Positions 27,131 through 38,927 of a stretch of 64,000 nt of DNA are shown here, piece after piece. This DNA is from Iphione sp. A-MEVVRFRX5 (lineage: Eukaryota): contig OZ320319.1 in assembly GCA_976226885.1 (NCBI GenBank), positions 67,022,001-67,086,000 of the forward strand. Reading direction: 5' to 3'. The position numbers were made by a program, and so were the translations under genes. Each line of letters begins with the position of its first letter. Positions within the stretch are counted from its first letter, which is position 1. The notes under the pieces were generated by a model. It did no database searches, had not been told where the DNA came from, and saw nothing but the letters and a program-made list of their open reading frames with translations.

Positions 27131-27804
27131 ACCAGCAAACATACAGACGTTTTAAAAACACTTAAAAATGTTTTGCTAAATATCTTGATAATGTTTCAAA
27201 AAACATTTTTCAAAAACATTTATGGAAATGTTTTAAAGATGTTTCTATATAACCTTAAATTTCAAAATCCAAAATAATCCTTGTTCTCTCTTTATATATA
27301 CTTCCATCCTCTCTTGAACACTATTTTTTGTGTAATTTCACTTTTCATACAGGAGAAGTTTTAGTTTTTCCTTGATCTGAAATATTGCCTTGCTGGGGAT
27401 TTGAACCTTTATCCTCTGTGTAACTGGTAGTGTAAGCACTCTTATCCAGTTGGCCACTGAGTTTGCCTGTTCTTCGCTGTGTTAATATGTTGCCATCACT
27501 CCTGACCTTCTTTTCAAGATCTTTTAAAAATGTTATTAAACTATTTTAAAACATTCCATAATATTATATGAGATCTTTTAAAAAATTGTGAAAATGTAAA
27601 AGCATTATTTCATAGCATTATCTGCAGTTGTTTTGACATCTTTTAAAACATTGTGAAAAGGTAAAAATGTTATTTCATAGCATTATCGGCTTTTAGATCA
27701 TTTTAAAAAGTTGTAAAAGCATTTTTAAAATGTTCTTTCATAACATTATTTGCAGCCTTTTTGAGATCTTTGAAAAACATTGGGAAAATATGTGTTTGAT
27801 GGGA
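27131..27804. mobile_element. AT-rich MITE-like element with CCAGCAAACA-type terminal inverted repeats
   Basis: The left end is accagcaaacata and the right end is tgtgtttgatggga (reverse complement tcccatcaaacaca). The interior has many aaaaacatttt/ttttaaaa motifs and a 63-65-bp period repeat (tttcatagcattat at 27608, 27673, 27736). Confidence 0.6.
27388..27461 (-). mobile_element. tRNA-derived segment nested inside the MITE
   Basis: The minus strand reads ctcagtggccaactggataagagtgc...aaaggttcaaatccccagcaagg: A-box TGGCCAACTGG and B-box GGTTCAAATCC. No intact cloverleaf. Confidence 0.65.
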
Positions 27805-27927
27805 TGGACGCCCCGGCAAAAATGGAGGATAAGCATATACAAATGTCTGTAAAAGCCAATTAGACATGTGCAATGAACGATCGAAGGAAAAGTCAGGAAC
27901 ATAGGGGATGAGTAAGGCATACAGGAC

Positions 27928-27961
<34 letters not shown>

Positions 27962-27962
27962 T
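27928..27962. repeat. (AG)n/(AGAC)n microsatellite
   Basis: gagagagagacagacagacagacagacagacagat. Confidence 0.9.
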
Positions 27963-28893
27963 AGAATAAAAGATAGAGACACAGAGAGTGAGCAACAGAG
28001 TAGGGGAGAGAGAATGATTGTGTGTGTGTCTGCATTGGAGGTAAGGGAGTGAAAAGGCTCAGACATCACACAGCCTACATAAAGTAACCGGGCCCTTAGT
28101 TCTTTCAAGTCACGTGATGAATATGGATTGGCTTCGATATCACGACCAACAGAGCACGCTAGCCTCTTTTTGTGTCACCAAAGCTGTGAGAGCCGGCAGA
28201 GAATTTCGCTTGTAAGGCTTGAGAGATGGCGGTCTACGTCGAGCCCCCCGTAGGGACCGTCTCCCGGGAGACCCATATCTATAGGTGATGCATTTTTAAT
28301 CAGACGGTGCGACGGAGCAATTCATTTGCAATCACCAGAGCGTTAAATACGGAGGCTGACGTGACGAGGTCACCCGGGTAATTTCTATAATAAAATGGTC
28401 AAATGCCCGCCGCTGAAATAACTCAATTTTATAGGCGAATGAGAGTGGTCGAACCCAGTCAGAATTCACGACCATGATTTGGAGTGGTTGCCGCCAGCCC
28501 ACTTTGCTAGGATCCCATACGATGACTGAACGAATCCTTTTCACGTTTAGGGCTGAAAGGCTTGCACAAGATGTCATCGGAGAAGCTCTGTACATATATA
28601 TTGAAGCTGATAAAATGTGCCTTGTTATTTTAACAAAGCGATGCACATACATATTCGCGACAATATGTATGTATACAATACATGTATATATTCTTATATA
28701 CAATAATATATACAATGTGTACCCTATACATATATAACCATAAATACCTTCTACCTGAAATGGCACCGCAAATAACAGATAATAAAGCAAGGCGTCCTGC
28801 AAAGGTATAGCCAGACACCCAGCCCCAGTTTTGCATTCATCCCAAGCAGCACCTAGTGTTTCAGAAGGTGTATATCTGGAATAATATATAGAT

Positions 28894-28915
28894 AGACAGA
28901 CAGACAGACAGACAG
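28894..28915. repeat. (AGAC)n microsatellite
   Basis: agacagacagacagacagacag. Confidence 0.9.
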
Positions 28916-29574
28916 TTGATTTCACTTCTCATTTTTACAAAAGAGTTCTTCCAGTGAAATCACAGGTCACAGGCTAAACATAATATGATATAACAAAATA
29001 GAGCTCGACTAGAAAACATGTGAAAGGACAGGATAACAAGTAACAAATAAACATATCAGCCTGCTCTCTCCAGACCACTCAATGTTGTTGTAAGGGCAGG
29101 GCTGGATTCGACAGAAGCAAATCTTATTATAGTCTCACTATCTCTACAGTTCCCTCTTAAAGAATTTATTCTGTTCTCTGGAACACTTTGAGTTATTAAA
29201 AAGTGCTACGTTCCCAAGTAGACTACCAAAAGAATCATCACAAATGATGGTCATAATTATGTCGGGCGTCGTACACAATCTATTACTAAGAGTGAGCATG
29301 TCAAGCTAACTTCAGGAATATCAGCCACGATGACGGCAATGACAGTCGCTGATCCTTTCTATGTATAGGTGCACGTAGTCCCAAAGGAAGAACACGTAGA
29401 GCCGCCAAAGCGTAAAGCTTTGACTTGTCTTTTTCTCTGGCCAATTTGATGCTATCCAAAAGGCAAAGTACGATTTCATGAATAGGACCAAGAATCAGAC
29501 AATTTACTTGGCGCTAAAGTACTTACACTCGGTGTGATATTTGTATTATATTGATTTTCCTCTGATTCCCCACT

Positions 29575-31542
29575 TTGGTATTAGTTTGTGACTGTTTTGT
29601 TAGCAGTCATGTGAAAAGAGTATCAGCAGGTTTGCCTCGCTTAGATGTTGCAGTTGCAGTTAATCACCTATTCAAGACAGCCATCAGATTACGCAGCGAT
29701 GTACTCTATAAACACGCAACTGAACTTAGACGTCAGATCAGAAGTAAATTAACATCTGATAGGTCAAAATTTCTATCCGAAGAGTTAAGTTCATTGCAGG
29801 GGAACCCTAGAAAATACTGGAAAACAATCAATTCAATAGTCTCACCTTCCAGTGTAACAAAAACCCCAGTATTGTATCGAGAAGGCATACCACTGTCACT
29901 AAAAGAAACAGTAAACACCTTCAATACCCACTTTGGCTCGGTAGGTTACTGTAGTTACGAACTTGATGACCGAATAATCCTCAATGGGGTCCCACATATT
30001 ACTAACGTGCTATCACTTTGTACAGTAGGGGTAGCTGATGTCGTTAAATTAATTAAATCCCAAAAAGACAACAAGCCTAGTGGCATGGAAGGGATCAATA
30101 GTAAAACTTTAAAGAGTTGCTTGCTCACATTAGCAGATGAGATTACGCACATCTTAAACTTATCTTTCGAGACTAGCATTGTTCCTAACAACTGGAAAAA
30201 GGCTGTCATAACCCCTCTGTACAAGGGTAAAGGCAGCCGCAGTGATGCAAACTCTTACCGCCCTATCAGTATCTTACCGATGTGCAGTAAACTGTTAGAA
30301 AAAATTATGCAAAAACAACTACTAACACACATGGACAAAAATAACATTCTAACTGAATCGCAGTATGGATTTAGACAAGGAAAGTCGACGAACCATGCCA
30401 TCAATGATGTCTTGAACTACATCTATACTGCATTTGATGAAGGAGAAATGGTAGGAGCCCTGTTTATCGATTTTCGGAAAGCTTTCGATAGCCTCCAGCA
30501 TCCAGTTCTTCTGAAAAAGCTTGTAAAACTAGGTTTCGGTAATGCGGTAGATTGGATTGGAAATTATCTCAGTAATAGAGTGATCACTACTAAGCTAAAA
30601 GCACATCTCTCGAGCACATATGAGGTTAAGGTAGGCGTCCCACAAGGGAGCATTTTAGGCCCCACGCTGTTCAGTCTTTTCATCAATGACTGTATCACTT
30701 CAATTACACACAGTCACTGCGTGCTCTATGCTGACGATACGGTCCTGCTATACAGAAATAAAAAAGCACCCGCTATTGAACAAGCATTAAGTATCGACCT
30801 AAACAACCTGAATAAGTGGTGCTCAAAGCATGGTCTGATTATCAATGAACAGAAAACGGAAGTAATACTATTCTGCACCTCAAGAAATTCAAAAAAAGAT
30901 AGCACCCTTAATATTAACCTAAATGGTACCACCATACAACAGGTCGACACTTACAAATACCTTGGAATGAAACTTGATAGACATCTTACCCTCGAGGAGG
31001 AATTAACAACCAGGTTAAAAAGATCCTATAGCAAAATTAATCAATTAAGACACGTTCGAATGGTCACGAATGAAAAAACTTCACTAATAATGTTGAAAGC
31101 ATACTTTATTCCTTGTCTTGAGTACTGTCTGGGGAGTGTGCATTGCTATAAATCACAGCCGTTTGTTAAGTTAGAAAGGCAACTTACCAAAGCACTGCGT
31201 ATTGTCACCAGAGATAACTATTCCACCATAACAACCTTAATGAAAAAGCATAACGTCATGCCCCTCGAACTTAGAAGTAACTATTTTTCTCTATGTGTTA
31301 ATTATAATAGGCTCCAACTAGACTACAATAAAGCGTTAGCAAATTGCCCACTTAGGAATCCAGGCATCCCATGTAAGAAACCGACCTTATCACAGTATAA
31401 ACGTTGTCCTATGTACTTTTCAACAAATGCTTGGAACTGCTTAGATAAGGAAATAAAGCTGCTGCCCAAATTATCTTTCAAAAAGAGAGTAAAATCACTG
31501 CTTTTCAACCGCTGGTCTAGTAGCAATTGGAGAGTATCCTGA
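29575..31542 (+). CDS. Non-LTR retrotransposon ORF2 reverse transcriptase (CR1/L2 group), endonuclease domain missing
   Basis: A 655-codon stop-free frame with the RT motifs in order: KPSGMEGI, WKKAVITPLYKG, SYRPISILPMCSKLLEKI, QYGFRQGKST, ALFIDFRKAFDSL, GVPQGSILGPTLF, LYADD, LIINEQKT, YKYLG. The start is a TTG in what is probably flanking DNA; RT-type similarity begins around 29660. Confidence 0.97.
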   Translation: MVLVCDCFVSSHVKRVSAGLPRLDVAVAVNHLFKTAIRLRSDVLYKHATELRRQIRSKLTSDRSKFLSEELSSLQGNPRKYWKTINSIVSPSSVTKTPVLYREGIPLSLKETVNTFNTHFGSVGYCSYELDDRIILNGVPHITNVLSLCTVGVADVVKLIKSQKDNKPSGMEGINSKTLKSCLLTLADEITHILNLSFETSIVPNNWKKAVITPLYKGKGSRSDANSYRPISILPMCSKLLEKIMQKQLLTHMDKNNILTESQYGFRQGKSTNHAINDVLNYIYTAFDEGEMVGALFIDFRKAFDSLQHPVLLKKLVKLGFGNAVDWIGNYLSNRVITTKLKAHLSSTYEVKVGVPQGSILGPTLFSLFINDCITSITHSHCVLYADDTVLLYRNKKAPAIEQALSIDLNNLNKWCSKHGLIINEQKTEVILFCTSRNSKKDSTLNINLNGTTIQQVDTYKYLGMKLDRHLTLEEELTTRLKRSYSKINQLRHVRMVTNEKTSLIMLKAYFIPCLEYCLGSVHCYKSQPFVKLERQLTKALRIVTRDNYSTITTLMKKHNVMPLELRSNYFSLCVNYNRLQLDYNKALANCPLRNPGIPCKKPTLSQYKRCPMYFSTNAWNCLDKEIKLLPKLSFKKRVKSLLFNRWSSSNWRVS

Positions 31543-31777
31543 ATGTATTATGTCACACTTATATAGTCATATGTAATATCTATTTACTCCCTCAATCACT
31601 ATGTTTACCACTCTTCATGTATTCATCGTTTATATCTTGTACATATTGTAAATAATTGTTCTTCTAAAATCCATTGTACATAGAATTATAGCAGAGAAAT
31701 TGTTGTAGAAGTATACGCTGGTACCAATCGGATTGCCAGGATAAATAAAAGTTTAAAAAAAAAAAAAAAAAAAAAAA
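29660..31777 (+). mobile_element. 5'-truncated, probably young LINE copy with 3' UTR, stem-loop, AATAAA and A23 tail
   Basis: After the stop at 31542 comes a roughly 210-nt AT-rich UTR, the hairpin ctggtaccaatcggattgccag (31718-31739), aataaa (31744-31749) and 23 A (31755-31777). No target-site duplication was found. The 5' boundary is approximate. Confidence 0.9.
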
Positions 31778-32199
31778 TTTCTCAGTTACTGTTCCTTTGA
31801 TACTGGAGATTTCGTATACGGTTTCCCATCAAAGACTCATCTTAAGAGTCCAGGTAGAACACATTGATCGAATGTTTCTTGTACAAAAGTGATGTAATTA
31901 CCAAAACATTATACACTTATTAACTACAGCCATTACTGCTTGCGGCTTTAAGTGGACTGTAATAAAATTTATTCACATGCACAAAGTAGCACATATTGAC
32001 AATGGCTACTCGACAAAGAACTTACATGTCAGAGGTAAAAGGATACAGGAGCAGATAAAAATCGATAGAATTTAACCTGAGCACTATTTGCATATGAGAG
32101 CTTATGTGTCTATAGGCTTACAGAGCACTTGTGTCGTTCTCAGCGTGGTTCCCCGAAAGTCGGTACGTGATAGGTAAAAGGAATTTAATCATATAGATC

Positions 32200-32390
32200 T
32201 GGATATTTCCCGTCAGTAGAGCATTCGTGTCTGCAATCAACACTATTTCACTTTCACGGAACTTGCTATCAAATGTATCAAAGTGATCAGAAATCGATGA
32301 CAATAGTGGTGGTATGGTTAACAAGCATACTTCCATTCGTCTTCCGCTACGCCCACGGTCGTAAACAAAATACCTGAATGGGGAGGAATG
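32200..32390 (-). mobile_element. Possible decayed LINE apurinic-like endonuclease fragment
   Basis: ORF 32118..32498 contains YFVYDRGRSGR...VCLLTIPP...ESEIVLIADTNALL, resembling the APE motifs R-x-DR..GGGV, YRPP and IILLGDFN-x-DL, with an apparent internal deletion. Confidence 0.45.
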
Positions 32391-34437
32391 GTTATATTTA
32401 CCACATTCACTTGAAGTAGGTTGTTCTGAGGTAGGAGTGATTGAAAAGTAGCCAGGTGTGGGCTTCGGGTGCTCGCAAGTGAGTTGCCCCCGGCTCACTA
32501 TTTTGGAGGATCAGCTGCTCGCCATATGCTCCCACCTCCCGGAGCTGAGTTATCAAATCAGTTTTGTCCGACTCCTGGACGGCCGCAATGGAACGTAGTG
32601 TTATTTAATCGTACTTCCTACAAACACGATCCTCTATGATTTAGCATGCACCTGGACCCCTCTGGCGTGTATTCGTAACGTGCATTTAAATAAGTTATGG
32701 TAGGCATTACCTTTATGCCACATAGCTTCTGTAAGGCTTTAAAACGAAGTCATGACGTAATAAATAGGTATGCATTTAGCTAGAGGCGCTGTCAAAAGTG
32801 CGAACTCTTGTTATCTTGATGATCATTCAGCTCAAAAACGTGATATGAGTCATAAACGATTCGTGCATGAATTAACTTTTTTTTAGTTGTCCAATGCACC
32901 TCATACTTCGTGTATGTATAGGCTTCGGATTGTATGTACCCAGGTTCCCAGGGTCAGGGAGGCCCAGCACCTCCGACGAGCAGAGTAATGGATAGGAGCA
33001 AGTGCTCATGTTGGCACCCATATAGTCGGGCGCTTTCTGTGTTGGCCTGCACTGGAGGCTCTACATAACAAAACTCACCGCTTTATTTACCATGGAGACG
33101 AAGTAGCTTCTATTACGACGACCTTTTGAAATGTGAATTCCTCGTTGCAAAGAAAAATGTAGCACGAAGGGAAGCGAGCGTGTTCAAGAATGAAGCAAAA
33201 CAACAAAGAAGTGAAGATCAAATAAGGAACGGAAAACACGGCAATGTGCTTTCGTAATTTCGTGTGGTGAGAAGCACGTATATTAGTGATAGTTCGATCC
33301 GGCACAGAAGTAAGACACGGAGTTGAGATGGACGAGAAAAACGGATGGCATGTAGGTGTTAGAACTGAATAATATATTAGTTGGGGTTGAGTTCCTCTTC
33401 ACCCCTCGTTGTGTATACTTCGACGCCATGGAATGGATGTTTGTATGTTTAGCTGCATGGGAGTTTGTAAAGTTTCTGCGCGAAAATCTATATGCAGCTG
33501 TGTGCCCGGTCTATGGGCTGTCTGTGCGGCGCCCGTCCGGATGTATAGTGAGCTTGGTGTTTACAGGTACACGGGAGCTGCTCGCGGCACCTTCGAGTGA
33601 GTTGTGAGCTGCCAAGAGGTGATCACCTGCGTGCAGCCTACATGGGACCAAGCTACTGGTGGGTCGTTTTAAAGGTAAAGGGGTCGGGGTCGAGGCCGGG
33701 GTGAATAATGTTCCGAGACAGTGTTGTGAAAAGGAAATGGGAATGAGAAGGGAAAGAATATCAGGATGTAAGGTAGACCGAGCTAGAAGAGAGACAAAGG
33801 CGGCAAAGACAGGTGCAGAGATCAACAAAGAAACTCACACATATACATGAATCTATGTACATGTGTGCTATATACATTTCCATATATATTAGCATGCACG
33901 TGCATAAATATGAGCAGAGATTGGATTTTTGAAAAGGATTATGACGGACATTATGAACACTCTTGAAAGAAGTAGACCAATAGAAGGGCTAAATCACAAC
34001 CTGTGACATGTAAACAAGATTGTATTCATGTCTTTTAGGCACATTAACCATCCGTCTATATATGTATTCTGTCAACCTTCATTCTTTAGAGGATAGGGGC
34101 AGAGATCAGCTAGTGATGCTGACCCATAGGTTGTACCATCGAGGATTATGTCCTGTAAAAAGGTCTGTGTAGAACAGGACTGAGCATAGGTTCGTTTATT
34201 AGACACGAAAACCCCCAAACGAAACTGTATACAACGAACTTTTGGTATAGTGGTGTCTCCGGTTGGCATAGACTACCATCATGCCCTTTGCAGACACTTT
34301 GAAGTCAAGTAAACCAAGAAATATGTCAATCCCACAAGTGTATGTCGCTGTCATGTTTATGTGATATTCAGTCGATATTCAAGTATTACATTTGGATGTA
34401 CCTAAAACCCAAGTGAGTGTAGCATGTCAAACCCTTC

Positions 34438-34725
34438 TTTTCATTTCATTTCATTTTATTGTAACTTTAACCAGGAATATATTCACCTATCATCACGACA
34501 GGGGCCTTCAATATCCTCCTGGGGTAACATACTACCATATATTATTGAGAATTGAGAGACGAGAATAGTCAGTGTTGTCCTCTACACCCAGCCTTTTTAT
34601 GAGTTGTGGAGCACTCTGGGTTGGGGATACAGTAAATCTGTCTGGTCGTGATCAAGAGTACCAGGCCCAGGATTGAGCCTGTGACCTCTCAATCAGTGGA
34701 CCAGTGCTCTACCACTGAGCTCTTA
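34438..34725 (-). mobile_element. Apparently full-length tRNA-headed SINE (about 290 bp) with LINE-type tail
   Basis: The minus strand starts agctcagtggtagagcactggtccactgattgagaggtcacaggctcaatcctgggcctgg (A-box AGCTCAGTGGTAGAGC, B-box-like GGCTCAATCC; 34661-34721). A body of about 200 bp follows, ending aataaaatgaaatgaaatgaaa. Confidence 0.75.
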
Positions 34726-36875
34726 ATTTTACTTATGATTCGTAAGTGTTGCCGATCTTGAAAGATCTGGTAAAATATTAGACAAGTGGTTCACATTTAG
34801 AATATATATTATGACTCGGAGTACAGGTAATTTTGAATATAGACTAGATTTATATTTGTCTCCCCTACCCTACCGGACTCCTAACAGAAGTCCACAATCA
34901 GCCGCAAGAGTAACGCAGTATAGAATTGTTATTGTTAAAGGTCGTAATAGGGTACATTCGACTTCGCATGAATTTCTGGTATGTTTCAGTGCACCCACAT
35001 AATATGCTTGTTTGTATGCATGCTTATGTAAAATTATATCTCTAGTGCAACCGCAGTATCCTGAGACAACCGCCTATTCTGACCTAGTTTGTAGGCCTCG
35101 TTCACTTTTAACGTTGTAGATTTGTAAAACACTTCCCATCAAAAGTGCACGATTATTTTGAATGTTTTCGAATATTCGTATCTCTTTAGTTGTACAATTT
35201 TATTTTCGTTATACAAAGCACCTCGATCCTAATATTTGTCACACTAAATTGCCCCAGGGATGTCCATAACTTGTCTCTTTCCTAAGTCACGTCTTGCTAC
35301 TTTACTAGAAAACTTGGTGTCAGTTTTTCCCTGTTTGCCGTGGGATATTACAGACAATGAGTAATGGTACGAAGTCTCGGAAACGTCATTAGGTTACCTT
35401 GATGACGAGGCAAGCTTATTACGAGAGATATACAGACAAACGCACCGTGTAATAGGTAGCTATTTTGCAAAGCTTTCCAAACTGAACCTGCAAGTTATTC
35501 TCACCCAAAGACCAGACAAGACCTTGACGGTAAACCATGCGATTCTGTGCCGTATCTGATGACGCCACTAACCCGCACTGCCTGTCCACATTGGGACATG
35601 AGGGAGAGGAATGTCATTTATTGACGTTTTTTGGCTACAATTGGACGAAAGGTTGGGCTCATGAACTTCCTAGGGTGCTGCCGGCCAGTAGAACCCGAGA
35701 GGCCTCGACTCTTGGCCTCGAATAGCCCGCGGTAGCAGGCGGATGTGCCAAGAGGTCGCCGTGTAGCGGGCCTCAAGAGGGCACGAGGTCCTCTAGGCGA
35801 GCAGCTCCTATTGACCGAAGGTCAGGCCTCGACCAGAGAGCGGACGGCAATCGATATCCCCGCAGGAGAATGCAGGCAATGCGAGGAAGAATCGCCGGAA
35901 GACACGCAGCAGTCATGTCCGTATGGGTCTCGGAACTAGTCCGTGATTGTTTCCGGTATGCTATACCGGGCGCATACACGTGTCTGAAGATTGACAAGCG
36001 ACATAAAGGCCTGTGCACTTGTACAGACCATGATTCGTAAACACCACCTATAGTAACAAATGCCTGGAGGCCACTGCCACCCGCTCATCCACATTCGGCT
36101 GTCATAGCAAATAATACAGTCAGACCACTGCTCGACATATTCTCTCAGCTCGACATATTCCTGTTCCGTTAACTTGTATACATTTACATGTACGTTTTAA
36201 ATACCTTACATGTACATTCACCGTCGGCCTTTATATACGGGCATCACCAGAACTGGATTCCCACCTTTTATGGATCAATCTTATGTAGCCTTAGGCCACA
36301 ATTTACTGTAAAACCCGCCATTAACCAGATTCCGTTGTTAACCAGATATGATTTGCGCGTTGTGTGGCTGATTATTTATTAAAGTATGTAGAAGGTATGT
36401 CTGTATTTTGCACAGAGTTCTTTCCTGTGGAATTCATTTCAGTTAAGAGAGTCGTTTTACTCTGAATAGAAAGAATATCACGGTCGGCGGCAGTCGATTC
36501 CGGGGCACTGTTGTTTCATGGTCCACTGGTTCTAAAGTAGAATCATTTACTGTTCCCTATCAATATTGTGAAATTACACTTCATGAAAACGTGTTACACT
36601 GTAAGATGGATTACATCCATTCTTTCTTCAGTGCTTTCCGATAACAGCACACGTGTAGCTACCTGAGCCTGGTTAGTGTGCGGTGAAAGTAGCTTAGAAT
36701 AATCTTCTTAATATAATCTGTGCGCTTCCGTTTGCATGACAGAATACCCTTTCTCCGAAAATTATCTCTGCCCATACATGTATACCAAACCCCTCTCGTG
36801 CGCCATATTAATGTTCTTACCTATTTCTAACACACATAATCACATTTCAAGATGGTCATTATATGTTTTATTAAA

Positions 36876-36995
36876 TATACTGAGGTCGTTGTTCCCAAAG
36901 CGGCTGGAATGTTGGCAGCCATTCAAAGCAAAGTAGGAAGACCTCCGGTGCATCTGAATGGAAAGCGGTACGAACATTCCAGTCCTATTTTGAAG
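36876..36995 (+). mobile_element. Possible decayed LINE ORF2 C-terminal fragment
   Basis: YTEVVV...LAAIQSKVGR...GKRYEHSSPILK resembles the CR1/L2 post-RT pattern YCxxVW...LQxxQNxAAR...RYEHxxPxLK. Confidence 0.45.
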
Positions 36996-38901
36996 TATGT
37001 AAAAGGTCATGTACGTTCATGTGTCGATTCTGGGCCTTCTTTCCGCTAAGATGGAGACATCCTTATGTAGGTAGTCTTGGAGAGAAAGGAAATCTAGGAA
37101 TTAGGATTAAGTTGAGGAAGAGTAATGCGCATTACCACAGGACAACATTATCATAGGGACAGGGAAGCTCATCAGGAGAACGGTTCAGGGCCCTCTTGCG
37201 GCATTGCCCTTGATTGCAGGTGTGGGGTCTCATTGTAATGATTTTGTTTTTTCGGTCCACTTCATAGAATGATGGCATTCGGAGTGACGCATTCCGAGCC
37301 CACTGCAGTCAAGAGTTGTACGCAAGTATCGATACATATGTAAATTGCTCTTCATTGTCCTTTCACGAAAGGGGGATCATGAATGCCTAATTCACGGGGA
37401 TTGCGGATGAGAGCAAGTTGAAAGTCAGCGTAAGTGATGTTGCTGGCGGCACAGATGATTGTCCCGTACTCAACTCGGAGGCAAACGGCCGAAAAGGCAG
37501 ACCAAAAAGGAGTTCTATATACTAGGCGTTCTAGGGGCAGAACGAAGCGGCGAATTGGGGTGGATTACAAAGAACAGATGGGAGGATAATTGGTGAAGAA
37601 CAGCTCGTCCCAGATAAACATCTAGAGGTGAGCTGCTCAGGAGATCTGAGTGGGCCCTGAGGACTTCTGGCGTCAATACCTACTGATGGCCTGTGATTGA
37701 TGCATTATACTGGCGAGCCCTGTACGGCAACTTCCCTACCGCCCCTGCGAATCCTATAGCCCTCGGCTTATGGGTCTAATTGGATCAATTTCTAGATATA
37801 AACCTGCTATGAGAGCTGCCGAGAGAGGGGAATCTGAGGTCAGTGCGTCTAGCCCATCAAGGTGTACGTAGTGTGTATAAAGGAGTGAAAATTGCTTTGC
37901 CATCCTTAGTGTAACCTGAATCCCCGTTCAGTATAGAGATGCTCGTGAGAAACCTTCTGGGTGGAAATGCAAATCTTGTTAAAAATAAAAGTTCAAACTA
38001 CATCTGCATTGACGATAATTACAAGAGGAAGGAAAGCAGGAGACTCCTAATAAGCAGCAAAAATATGAGAAACTTAAGTATGTAGATAGATGTCTGTAAA
38101 CGTTATCCGTTGGAATAATCGCTTTTGAGCGACTGTTGACACAACAGCGACGTGTGATAACAATTATTGCATATAACAAAAATGACACGCAGAAATGATG
38201 TTCCGTATCAAATATTCTTTATCCTAACGTTTGCGGACAATTTGTCTAGGCATGTACATGCATTATCCACTTAAGACTTGTTCATCGTTAATAAGGCAAC
38301 AGTGGTATTGCCTTGTTGGAAGGACGGGTACGCCTACTAGTCTCGAAAGCCATAAAAGTAGAAAGTAGTCTGGGAAACTCTTAATAGGCTTGGTCGTTAA
38401 GCATTTCTCCACCCCACGCCACATAGAACAATAACTCTGGCAAAAGGTACGTTTATACTCGTACGGTATGGTTGTGAATGTATTTTCAACTAGGTAGAAG
38501 CGTTGCGTGTGGACACATTATCCACGACATGTGCCTAAGTGTGTTATAAAAACAAATTATGTATACCATTACGGTAGTGGTCGACCGGTAACCAAGTGAG
38601 TAAGTTCATATGTGAACTAGTGACATACTTCGAAACTGTGAAATAATAAAATCCAATCACGTTTTTCGGTGCATTCGGATGTACCCGGACTTCGCTCAAC
38701 TCTCACTATCAGTCTGTAGCTCAGATACCCGGTGTGATGTTTGCCTGTATCACCTTGGCTATGTGGCTGCCCAATCTAGGGCCAAGGCCGAAAATTGTAA
38801 TTCCTTATATATTGTTCATTTTGCTGCAGCTGCGTACGCCCTATCCATAGGAAGTTGCAGTACTTCCGCGCCTCCCTATACTCAATCAGGATTTTTTTTC
38901 G

Positions 38902-38927
38902 GGCCACGCCCCGCTAGCGGCCAATGG
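38902..38927 (+). promoter_or_regulatory. GC-box (Sp/KLF) plus CCAAT-box pair at the edge of a CpG-rich patch
   Basis: GGCCACGCCCC (38902-38912) and GGCCAATGG (38919-38927), followed by CpG-rich sequence to about 39170. No downstream gene was identified. Confidence 0.35.

Noticed and set aside
38320-38342. gacgggtacgcctactagt resembling a Helitron 3' end
   Set aside because: The required upstream hairpin arm is missing.
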